Source: Candidatus Woesearchaeota archaeon
Lineage (GTDB): Archaea; Nanobdellota; Nanobdellia; Woesearchaeales; UBA10216
Assembly: GCA_016180085.1 (NCBI GenBank)
Contig: JACPBX010000003.1
Location: 2,652 to 66,651 of the forward strand
Direction: 5' to 3'
DNA length: 64,000 nt
Shown in pieces: positions 56,185-64,000 of this stretch. How positions within the stretch are numbered: position 1 is the stretch's first letter; every line of letters begins with the position of its first letter. The position numbers and the translations under genes were made by a program. Below the pieces are notes generated by a model, which had not been told where the DNA came from, ran no database searches, and saw only the letters and a list, made by a program, of their open reading frames with translations.

Positions 56185-57105
56185 ATGAAAGCGCTTATTA
56201 CCGGTGTCAGCGGCTTTGTCGGCTCTCACCTTGTGAAACACCTCGTTGTGAATGGTTTTGTGGTTTTCGGGATTGACAGGGCAGGTTCTGTGATTGATGG
56301 CTGCGTTGTTGAGCCTTGTGATGTGACGGATTACGATGCTGTTTTTGCCGTTGTCAGTCGCGTAAAGCCGGATTTTATCTTTCACCTTGCTGGCCAGAGC
56401 TCTGTGTCGAGGAGCTGGAAAGAGCCTGAGCTTACAAGGAAGGTCAATGTTGGCGGGACCAAAAACTTTTTGGATGCGGTTGCGGCTGCGAACATCAGTC
56501 CTACGGTTCTTGTTGTTTCATCTGCTGAGGTCTACGGCATTGCAAAGAAATTCCCTATCAATGAGTCTGAACCGCTGAAGCCGGTCAGCCCCTACGGCGA
56601 GTCCAGGGTTGAGCAGGAGAAGGTTGCGCTTGAGTATTTTCAGAAGGGAATGCGGGTGATAATTGCGAGGAGCTTTAACCATACAGGTCCTGGCCAGCCT
56701 TCCGGGCTTGTGTGCTCAAGCTTTGCAAGGCAGCTTGCAGACATTGGGAAGGGGAGGCAGCCTGCTGTTGTAAGGGTTGGTGACCTTAAGGTGGTTAGGG
56801 ATTTTACTGATGTGAGGGATGTTGTCAATGCTTATCTATTGCTGCTTCAGAAAGGCAGGCCTGGCGAGGTTTACAACGTCTGCAGCGGCAGGGCTTGCAC
56901 GATTGGCGAGGTCCTTGACAGGCTTGTCAGGCTAAGCGGCCTGAAGGTCGCTTTTGAGCAGGAGGCTTCAAGGCTCAGGGAGCAGGCTGTGCCTGTTCTT
57001 CATGGCGATAACTCAAAGCTTGTCGCAGCAACAGGCTGGGAGCCAGTGATAGGCCTTGATGAAACGCTTTCAGACCTTCTGAACTATTGGAGGAATGCAA
57101 GGTGA
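56185..57105 (+). CDS. rmd: GDP-4-dehydro-6-deoxy-D-mannose reductase-like SDR
   Basis: ALITGVSGFVGSHL and PYGESR (YxxxK variant). It is about 306 aa and lies immediately downstream of gmd. Confidence 0.65.
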   Translation: MKALITGVSGFVGSHLVKHLVVNGFVVFGIDRAGSVIDGCVVEPCDVTDYDAVFAVVSRVKPDFIFHLAGQSSVSRSWKEPELTRKVNVGGTKNFLDAVAAANISPTVLVVSSAEVYGIAKKFPINESEPLKPVSPYGESRVEQEKVALEYFQKGMRVIIARSFNHTGPGQPSGLVCSSFARQLADIGKGRQPAVVRVGDLKVVRDFTDVRDVVNAYLLLLQKGRPGEVYNVCSGRACTIGEVLDRLVRLSGLKVAFEQEASRLREQAVPVLHGDNSKLVAATGWEPVIGLDETLSDLLNYWRNAR

Positions 57106-57110
57106 AGGCG

Positions 57111-58355
57111 ATGAGGGTGCTTGTTTTTGGCAGCAGCGCTTTTCCCCGCTGGAAGAACGATGCTATTCCTGGTTTTGTTTACAGCCTTTCAAAGCGGCTG
57201 TGCGGCAAGGGCATTGGTGTTTCTGTCCTTGTGCCCCACCATCCGGGCTCAAAAACACGTGAAACAGTTGATGGGATGAGAGTTTACCGTTTCCGTTATT
57301 TCTTTCCAAGCGGCCTTGAGCGCCTCTGCTACGGTGGCGGTATCCTGCCTAATATGAAAAAAAGCATCCTTGCAAGGCTGCAGCTTCCGTTTCTTGTGGC
57401 TTCGGAATTCCTCTCGTTGTGGAAGATTGCAAGGAAGGAAAAGCCTGGCCTGATTCATGCCCACTGGATTCTCCCGCAGGGCTTTGTTGCTGCCATAATC
57501 GGAAAACTCCTCAGAATCCCTGTTGTCGTAACAGCCCATGCCGGTGACGTTTTTCCCCTTCGCAGCCTTTTATTTAGCGTCCTGTCTAAATTTGCCATCG
57601 GCTCTGCAGCTGCTGTGACTGTTAACAGCAACTTTACCATGGCTGCTGTAGCAAAAATATCCAAGTCAAAGGAAATAAGCGTGATTCCAATGGGCGTTGA
57701 CCTTAAGCTGTTCTCTTCAGCATCGGCTTCCGCAGCAGCTTCGGTAAGGAAAAGGTTTGGTATCAGCAGCAAGAATGGCAAAATGCTGCTGTTCGTTGGC
57801 AGGTTGGCTGAGAAGAAAGGTGTCACTTACCTGATAGCAGCAATGAGGAAAATTATCGGGAGCCATCCAGACTGCAAGCTTGTTATTGTTGGTGAAGGGC
57901 CTGAGAAGGGTGCATTAGTCCGGCAGTCACAGCAGTCTGGATTGTTTGGCAGCATCGTCTTTGCAGGCAGTGTCCCAAACGCAGCGCTTCCGTCATTTTA
58001 CAGGGCAGCAGACGTTTTTGTGCTTCCATCAATCATCGACAGTAAGGGTGACACAGAAGGCCTGGGCGTTGTCCTTCTTGAGGCAATTGCTGCAGGAACT
58101 CCGGCAATAGCCAGCAACGTTGGCGGCATACCTGACATAGTCATCCACAACAAAACCGGGTTGCTGGTTGAGCAGAAGAGCCCTGAGCAGCTGGCAGCAG
58201 CAGTAAAATTGCTGCTGGCAAGCCCGCAGCTCAGAAAAAAACTGGCTGCAACAGCAAAATCCCATGTTGCGAAGGACTTTTCGTGGGAAATGGTTTCTGG
58301 CAAGTTCTACTCCCTGTGCGAAGCGGTTATTTCAGGAAAGACCAAAACCTTTTAA
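57111..58355 (+). CDS. Family 4 (GT-B) glycosyltransferase
   Basis: EGLGVVLLEAIAAGTPAIASNVGGIPDIV (EX7E region). Confidence 0.85.
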   Translation: MRVLVFGSSAFPRWKNDAIPGFVYSLSKRLCGKGIGVSVLVPHHPGSKTRETVDGMRVYRFRYFFPSGLERLCYGGGILPNMKKSILARLQLPFLVASEFLSLWKIARKEKPGLIHAHWILPQGFVAAIIGKLLRIPVVVTAHAGDVFPLRSLLFSVLSKFAIGSAAAVTVNSNFTMAAVAKISKSKEISVIPMGVDLKLFSSASASAAASVRKRFGISSKNGKMLLFVGRLAEKKGVTYLIAAMRKIIGSHPDCKLVIVGEGPEKGALVRQSQQSGLFGSIVFAGSVPNAALPSFYRAADVFVLPSIIDSKGDTEGLGVVLLEAIAAGTPAIASNVGGIPDIVIHNKTGLLVEQKSPEQLAAAVKLLLASPQLRKKLAATAKSHVAKDFSWEMVSGKFYSLCEAVISGKTKTF

Positions 58356-58389
58356 TAAGTTGGCTTAATCTTCTGTGACTGAAACAAGA

Positions 58390-59358
58390 ATGAAAGTTTT
58401 GGTTACCGGGGGAGCCGGGTTCATCGGCAGCAATTTCATCAGGCACCTGCTTAATAGCCGCAGCGATGTTGAGGTTGTGAATTTTGACAAGCTGACTTAT
58501 GCTGGCAACCTCAACAGCTTAAAAGATATTTCAAACAGCCGCAGCCTTGGCAGCCGCTACAGATTCGTCAGGGGAGATATTTGCGATGCTTCTGCTGTTG
58601 AGAAAGCAATGAGGGGCTGCGATGCTGTTGTTAACTTTGCTGCCGAGAGCCATGTTGATAGGTCGATAAGCGATGCCCAGCCGTTCATCCGCACAAACTA
58701 CGTTGGCACTTATGTCCTTTTGGAAGTTGCCAGGAAGCTGGCAATCAGGCGCTTTATCCAGATTGGCACTGATGAGTCCTACGGCAGCCGCCTGAAGGGC
58801 TTTTTCACTGAGAAGGACAGGCTTTCCCCCTCCAGCCCTTACTCTGCCAGCAAGGCTGCTGCAGACGTGCTTGCGCTTTCTTATTTTACCACCCACAATC
58901 TGCCGGTTATAGTTGTGAGGAGCTCCAATAACTTCGGGCCTTTCCAGTATCCTGAAAAGCTAATCCCGCTTTTCATCACCAATGCGCTCGAGAACAAGCC
59001 CCTGCCGGTTTACGGGGACGGCCTTTACAGGCGCGACTGGCTTTTTGTTGAGGACAACTGCGAGGCAATTGCCCTGGTTATGGGGAAGGGAAAGCCTGGT
59101 GAGATTTACAATATTGGCGGAGGCAATGAAAAGGCCAACCTTGATGTGACTAATGCTGTTCTTGCGCTGCTGGGCAAGCCTAAGTCGCTCATAAGCCATG
59201 TTGCCGACAGGCCCGGCCATGACCGTAGGTATGCTGTTAACGCAGCAAAGATTAAAAAGCTTGGCTGGAAGCCCAAACACAGGTTTGGGGATGCGCTTAG
59301 GGCAACTGTTGAATGGTATAAGGATAATGAATGGTGGTGGGGGCCGTTAAGAAAATGA
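58390..59358 (+). CDS. rfbB: dTDP-glucose 4,6-dehydratase
   Basis: [34 protein letters not shown]. Confidence 0.9.
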   Translation: MKVLVTGGAGFIGSNFIRHLLNSRSDVEVVNFDKLTYAGNLNSLKDISNSRSLGSRYRFVRGDICDASAVEKAMRGCDAVVNFAAESHVDRSISDAQPFIRTNYVGTYVLLEVARKLAIRRFIQIGTDESYGSRLKGFFTEKDRLSPSSPYSASKAAADVLALSYFTTHNLPVIVVRSSNNFGPFQYPEKLIPLFITNALENKPLPVYGDGLYRRDWLFVEDNCEAIALVMGKGKPGEIYNIGGGNEKANLDVTNAVLALLGKPKSLISHVADRPGHDRRYAVNAAKIKKLGWKPKHRFGDALRATVEWYKDNEWWWGPLRK

Positions 59359-60083
59359 AAGGCGTGATTCTTGCAGGGGGTAAGGGAACGAGGATGATGC
59401 CTCTGACCAAGGTTACCAATAAGCACCTTTTGCCTATTTATAATGAACCCATGATTTATTACCCAATTAAGACATTGGCTGCTGCCGGGATTAAGGATAT
59501 CCTGATAGTTGTTGGTGGTGAGAGCATGGGTGAATTTCTCAGGCTGCTTGGCAGCGGCAGGGAGTTTGGCGTTAACCTTACGTACAGGTGCCAGGAGGGT
59601 GCAGGCGGCATTCCTGCTGCACTTGCCCTTGCCAAGGAGTTTGCTGACAACGACAGGGTAATGGTTGTTTTGGGCGATAATGTCATGGATGAGAGCTTGA
59701 AGGAGGAAGCCCATAAGTTTGAAAGCGGCAACAGTGGCTGCCATATCTTTCTGAAGGAAGTCCATGACCCTCAGCGCTATGGCGTTGTTGAGCTTGATGG
59801 CGGAAAGGTTGTTGCGATACATGAGAAGCCGGAAAAGCCTCCGACAAACCTTTGCGTTACAGGCGTTTACATGTTTGACAGCGCTGTTTTTGGCATAATC
59901 CCGGACATGAAGCCTTCAAGGCGAGGCGAGCTGGAAATAGTTGATGTGCTTAACCACTATCTCAAGGAGGGCAGGCTTTCCTGGAGCAGGCTCAAGGGCT
60001 ACTGGACTGACGCTGGAACGTTTGAGGCGTGGTTTGAGGCTAACGCCATAGTTCGGGAAAATAGCATCAAGGGCGGGAAATAA
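59355..60083 (+). CDS. rfbA: Glucose-1-phosphate thymidylyltransferase-like (short form)
   Basis: KGVILAGGKGTRMMPLTKVTNKHLLPIYNEPMIYYPI. ATGA overlap with rfbB. Confidence 0.8.
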   Translation: MKGVILAGGKGTRMMPLTKVTNKHLLPIYNEPMIYYPIKTLAAAGIKDILIVVGGESMGEFLRLLGSGREFGVNLTYRCQEGAGGIPAALALAKEFADNDRVMVVLGDNVMDESLKEEAHKFESGNSGCHIFLKEVHDPQRYGVVELDGGKVVAIHEKPEKPPTNLCVTGVYMFDSAVFGIIPDMKPSRRGELEIVDVLNHYLKEGRLSWSRLKGYWTDAGTFEAWFEANAIVRENSIKGGK

Positions 60084-60091
60084 TAGGAATG

Positions 60092-61561
60092 TTAAGTCTT
60101 AATTTGCAGCTGCTGCGGCAGCAGGGACTTTAACTTTTTGATGTCTTCCTTTCTGATTTCCCTGAGCACTACGAGAATGCCAAGGTAAACGATCCCCAGC
60201 ATTGCGTATTCAAGCGGCAGCAGGAATTTATTGCTGAGCTGGACCGGCTGCGCGATTGCGAAAACAGCGAGCGATGCAACTGTTATCTTTGCAAGGCTGT
60301 CGTAGTTGATGAATCTTCCAAGCTTTCTGTAAACGATTATTCCGAAGACGAGAGCTTCGGCTGCTGCTATTGCTGCTATGCCTGCTGCTGCGCCGTTAAG
60401 CCCGTACTTGGGTATTAGGACGGTGTTGGCTGCAATGGCTGCTACAAGGGCAGAGGCTGACACGAAGACAGTTACTGACGGCTTTCCAAGCGCATTGATT
60501 ATTGTTGTGAGCAGGTAGGCGAATGTAAGCGCCGCCATTCCCAGAGTTAGTATGGCTGCAGGCCCTGCTGCGGCAGCGTAGTCTGACTTGTAGAGCAGCA
60601 TCACAAGCGGCTTTGCCGTAGCCATCATCACCAGGCTGGCTGGCAGCATCAGGATGAAGACATACCTCATGGCTTCCTGCACAAAGGATTGCGCGCTTTT
60701 GACTGATGATTTCAGCTTTTCGGCAACAGCAGGCAGCATAATCATTCCAAGCGCAGTTAAGACAAAATAGTTTATCCTTGCAACTGTGCCTGCAGCAGCA
60801 TAATAGCCTGTGAGCTGGCTGTTGCCGAGCATTGCCTGCACCTGGAGAAGGTCGGAGTTCATGAAGGCGATTATGAGCACTGAGAACATGGCTATCGGGA
60901 CAGAGAAGCCGTATAGCTCTTTGGTGCTGTGAAAGCCGCTGCTGTTCTGGGCAATCCTTGCAGTGTAAGCCAGGTAGGCAAGCGCTATTGCAGATGACAG
61001 GGGCAGCGCAATTACGGCTCCTGTTACGGAGAAGAGGTAGGCAAGCAGGAAAGTCAGCACCAGCCTGCTTGCAGAGTAGAGTATGAGCTGCTTGGCTTGT
61101 TCAGGGAACCTGCCGAGGCCTGTCAGGTATCCGCCGTAGACTGCTGTAATGCTGTACAAAACCACCAGCGGGGTTAGAATCCACAGAAGCTGCTGCAGCG
61201 AGTTGTCCTTTAATGCAATGGCAATCGGGGCTGCGAGGAAAAAGTATATTGCGGCAATGGCCGTTCCCATTATGAGCTGGTTTTTAAGCATGGCCTTTGC
61301 GATTGCCTGTGCGTGGTCCTTCCTTTCTGCAGTGAATTTGGCAATTGCCTGTATTATTCCCGGCGTCAGTAGCACATTCAGCACCGAAGCAACAGCGTAA
61401 ACGATTCCGAATCTTCCGTAAAGCTCGGGCCCCAGGAACCTTCCCATGCCAAGGTTTATCAGCGTTCCTGAGAGAAGCAGGATAACCTGCGATGAGAGAA
61501 CGTATGCGGCATTCTTTGTTGTGGACATTTTTCCGTCTCGGCTTTTAGCTTTAGCTTTCAA
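60092..61561 (-). CDS. MOP/Wzx-type oligosaccharide flippase
   Basis: 489 aa with about 12-14 TM helices. The N-terminus is typical of the polysaccharide-biosynthesis flippase family. Confidence 0.8.
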   Translation of the reverse strand: MKAKAKSRDGKMSTTKNAAYVLSSQVILLLSGTLINLGMGRFLGPELYGRFGIVYAVASVLNVLLTPGIIQAIAKFTAERKDHAQAIAKAMLKNQLIMGTAIAAIYFFLAAPIAIALKDNSLQQLLWILTPLVVLYSITAVYGGYLTGLGRFPEQAKQLILYSASRLVLTFLLAYLFSVTGAVIALPLSSAIALAYLAYTARIAQNSSGFHSTKELYGFSVPIAMFSVLIIAFMNSDLLQVQAMLGNSQLTGYYAAAGTVARINYFVLTALGMIMLPAVAEKLKSSVKSAQSFVQEAMRYVFILMLPASLVMMATAKPLVMLLYKSDYAAAAGPAAILTLGMAALTFAYLLTTIINALGKPSVTVFVSASALVAAIAANTVLIPKYGLNGAAAGIAAIAAAEALVFGIIVYRKLGRFINYDSLAKITVASLAVFAIAQPVQLSNKFLLPLEYAMLGIVYLGILVVLREIRKEDIKKLKSLLPQQLQIKT

Positions 61562-61564
61562 CCT

Positions 61565-63619
61565 TCAGCTTTTCGTAGCATTGATGTGTCTGCTTACTTC
61601 GTCAGTTATCTGTGCAAATGTCTTATTCGTAATTTCCAGCACGTAAACCGCAGTTGTCAGGTTTGGTGCGTTTACGTAGTTTTCGCCAGCCGTTACGTAG
61701 TTAAGTAGCCATCTTTGGCTTCCTAAGCTGGCTACCCAGTCGAACCTGCCTGTGGTTTGGTTGTTGCTGAGGTTTCGTACATAAACTTGTTGTTCTTTGT
61801 ATTTTGTTGCTGTTGGTATTGAGCTGTTGATGCCAAGCTCTATTGCTGTGTCGCCTTCTGCTTCGTTAGCGTTTCCTCCGCCACCGGCAGCAAGCGTCCA
61901 GCTCAGTGTTGTAGAGTTCAGCACGAAATAAGTGTCTGGTCTGTTGACTCCTGTGAAGCTGCAATTGTATCCTATTCCCGTTATTGAAGTTGCCAGCGTG
62001 TTTTTGACGGGGTTTGTTCTGTTGCCTATCGTGACGTTCTGAGTGTTTTGGTGGTTGGCGTCGAACACTTGGCACGTCGGCACAGAAACGGAACTGTATC
62101 TTTGGTGGAAGTCCAAGCTGAGATTAACAAAGCCGACGCTTGCTGTACTGTTCAAAACCTTACTCTCAAGAGTAACGTTATTGTATTTCATCGGGCTTGT
62201 TGTGTTGCTTACTGAAAAGTTTGTGACGTTCCATCTCGTAGCAGCACCGCCTCGCTGGAACATGAAAATTGGCTTTCCGCTATCAAGATTAGACAGGTCA
62301 TGAGCCACCCAGCCAGTATCTTCATTTCCGGCAGCAGTTCCATCTCCCATTGTGCACTTCGCGTGTGTCTTGTTAAAGGTGAAAGTGAGGTTATACCACG
62401 TGCCAGTTGACCCGCTCCAAGTTGGATTTGCCTTTGCTGTGCCTGCGCCGTTGTCGTATTGGAGAAAGTAGAGGACGCCGTCGCCAGCGGCTCCTAAACA
62501 CAACAAGCTGTCTCCGCTTGAACTGCTGTAAGGGTTGTTGTCTGTTGCTCCTATCGCGTCCCAGTTTATTCTTATTCCTACCCCCATCGTTACAGCCCCT
62601 TCCAGCTGCATCATGTGCGTGCTAATCATGGTTCCAACTTCGTTCTGCTGCACAGAAATGTTGTCAGCCCTGAAAGTTGAGCAGGAGAAAGTGTTTGTAC
62701 CGTCGCAGGTTGCAGAGTAAGAGAAAGCGTACCCTTTATCGCCTGCTGGGGCGAATTTTATGGTAACTCCTGTTGTTCCGCTTGTTGTGGTATTCACCCA
62801 CTGCGGGTTGGTAGCGTATTCCTGGTCGTCCCAGGTGTCCCAAATGGAAGCGTTCAGAGGAACAAACACTCCATTGACTACTCCGCCGGTAGTTCTTGAC
62901 TGGTTTATGTCGTTTGCGTTGTTGAAGTCGTCCACTGCTGTTGTCGCGTCGATTATGGGGTCAATTTCTATCCTTGTGGTTTGTGTTGGGCTTAGCGTTG
63001 ATGGATGCAGTATCGTATCGTATTTAATCATGCCGCCGTAGGTTTTGGCTTTCGGTTTAAACCTTACCTGCTCTCCTACGAAGAATTGTGCTGTGTAGTA
63101 GTAATCGCTGCCATTAACGCTTTTTGCTGCCGGGACGTTTACCCATTCCCTTACAGTTATGGCTGTTGTGCTGGTATTTACTGTTGTCTGATTGTAAAAT
63201 GATGAGTTCTCAGGGTTGAAGAGCTGTTCTACAGAGATGTTGTATATTGTAACGGTTTTTTGCACAGCCCTCAGTACTTCCACTGCATTGATGTAGCCTT
63301 GGTCGTTCTTGAATCTTAGCGTGATGTTCAGTCCTTGGTCAAAAGCGGTGTAGTTTGCGTACTGATAAAGTACTGTTTCTCCTACTTTGGCTATTTCTGG
63401 TGTTATGTTAAGGCGTCCTACTCCGCCTACTTCGTGCCATATGCTGGTTCCGCTTTTGGTTCCTCCTATCTGGAGTTCTGCAGAGCTCACGCTACCGGCT
63501 TGGAGCAACAGTAGTGAAAGGGTCATTACAGCAATAATTAACAGAACTTTTAGTCCTAACAATTGCCTTACCGTATTTTCTGCCATTTCCCAAATCTTCT
63601 TCATTCCAAACCACCTCAT
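61565..63619 (-). CDS. Secreted, sequon-dense surface (S-layer candidate) glycoprotein
   Basis: Signal peptide LLIIAVMTLSLLLLQAGSVSSA. By hand count it has 30 N-x-S/T sequons in 684 aa. It lies 4 nt upstream of the flippase. Confidence 0.6.
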   Translation of the reverse strand: MRWFGMKKIWEMAENTVRQLLGLKVLLIIAVMTLSLLLLQAGSVSSAELQIGGTKSGTSIWHEVGGVGRLNITPEIAKVGETVLYQYANYTAFDQGLNITLRFKNDQGYINAVEVLRAVQKTVTIYNISVEQLFNPENSSFYNQTTVNTSTTAITVREWVNVPAAKSVNGSDYYYTAQFFVGEQVRFKPKAKTYGGMIKYDTILHPSTLSPTQTTRIEIDPIIDATTAVDDFNNANDINQSRTTGGVVNGVFVPLNASIWDTWDDQEYATNPQWVNTTTSGTTGVTIKFAPAGDKGYAFSYSATCDGTNTFSCSTFRADNISVQQNEVGTMISTHMMQLEGAVTMGVGIRINWDAIGATDNNPYSSSSGDSLLCLGAAGDGVLYFLQYDNGAGTAKANPTWSGSTGTWYNLTFTFNKTHAKCTMGDGTAAGNEDTGWVAHDLSNLDSGKPIFMFQRGGAATRWNVTNFSVSNTTSPMKYNNVTLESKVLNSTASVGFVNLSLDFHQRYSSVSVPTCQVFDANHQNTQNVTIGNRTNPVKNTLATSITGIGYNCSFTGVNRPDTYFVLNSTTLSWTLAAGGGGNANEAEGDTAIELGINSSIPTATKYKEQQVYVRNLSNNQTTGRFDWVASLGSQRWLLNYVTAGENYVNAPNLTTAVYVLEITNKTFAQITDEVSRHINATKS

Positions 63620-63643
63620 AAACGTTGAGTTTTTATATAATTT

Positions 63644-64000
63644 TTACGTGATTGTAACGTTCAAAGCCTCCAAGTCATTCCATAAGCTGTTGACAGCAGT
63701 GAAATTGGCAGCGAAAGTGCCAGTTGCTGTGTAGTTATAAGTCACAAAAACTATGGCATTCTCCTGCGGTTGCAACGTGATTGGGCTGCTGCTGCTGACT
63801 ATTCCGTTGCCGGTGTTCAGGCTCCAGCTCACATTTGTCATATCAACAGTCATGTAGTTCTTAACGTAAGCCTCAAAAGTCCTCAAAGAGCCGCTGCTGT
63901 TAAGAACGGAAAAGTTGCCCACGCCAAGATATTCGACCTCAACAGGAATGCTGGAGGAGGCTGTAAGACCGCCGCCCTGTGCCGTAGCCGTAACCGAGTA
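63644..64000 (-). CDS. Surface protein, C-terminal part only (5' end off window)
   Basis: The frame is open to the window edge. It is a beta-sandwich-like, Asn/Thr/Ser-rich sequence with several sequons. Confidence 0.5.
   Translation of the reverse strand, partial: YSVTATAQGGGLTASSSIPVEVEYLGVGNFSVLNSSGSLRTFEAYVKNYMTVDMTNVSWSLNTGNGIVSSSSPITLQPQENAIVFVTYNYTATGTFAANFTAVNSLWNDLEALNVTIT

Overview
The window reads as an archaeal chromosome segment. Evidence: an archaeal-type MBF1, ScpB, a COG2150-like ACT protein, an archaeal-type 5S rRNA, and TATA boxes about 20-26 nt upstream of ATGs, implying leaderless mRNAs. Giant surface proteins, an unlinked 5S gene and two inteins suggest an uncultured, possibly DPANN-like lineage, but that is a low-confidence inference.

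Layout:
- 1-8.9 kb: thiol-redox/metal island with thioredoxin reductase, two inverted glutaredoxin-like genes, ArsR, two TlpA-like lipoproteins, and seven Cys-rich micro-ORFs below the ORF-track cut-off.
- 8.9-14.2 kb: aspartate-centred block with pyrB, aspartate racemase, argH, argG and a divergent argG-like paralog.
- 14.3-27.5 kb: housekeeping genes, including intein-bearing gyrA, ScpB, a THUMP methylase, a GT2/thioredoxin-like/GT-C operon and MBF1.
- 27.5-36.7 kb: S8 protease plus a 1892-aa surface lipoprotein.
- 36.7-49.8 kb: accessory, mostly orphan region. It holds a cluster of five or more stem-loops, two arrays of 11-nt TCCGGA repeats, two paralogous PIN-like proteins and a stand-alone 5S rRNA.
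- 49.8-64 kb: surface-glycan cluster with ugd, UXS, intein-bearing gmd, rmd, rfbAB, glycosyltransferases, a flippase and a sequon-dense surface protein, plus tRNA-Leu(CAG).

No CRISPR array, transposase or integrase was seen. The most novel-looking candidates are the mirrored Cys-rich micro-ORF system and the orphan PIN-paralog island.
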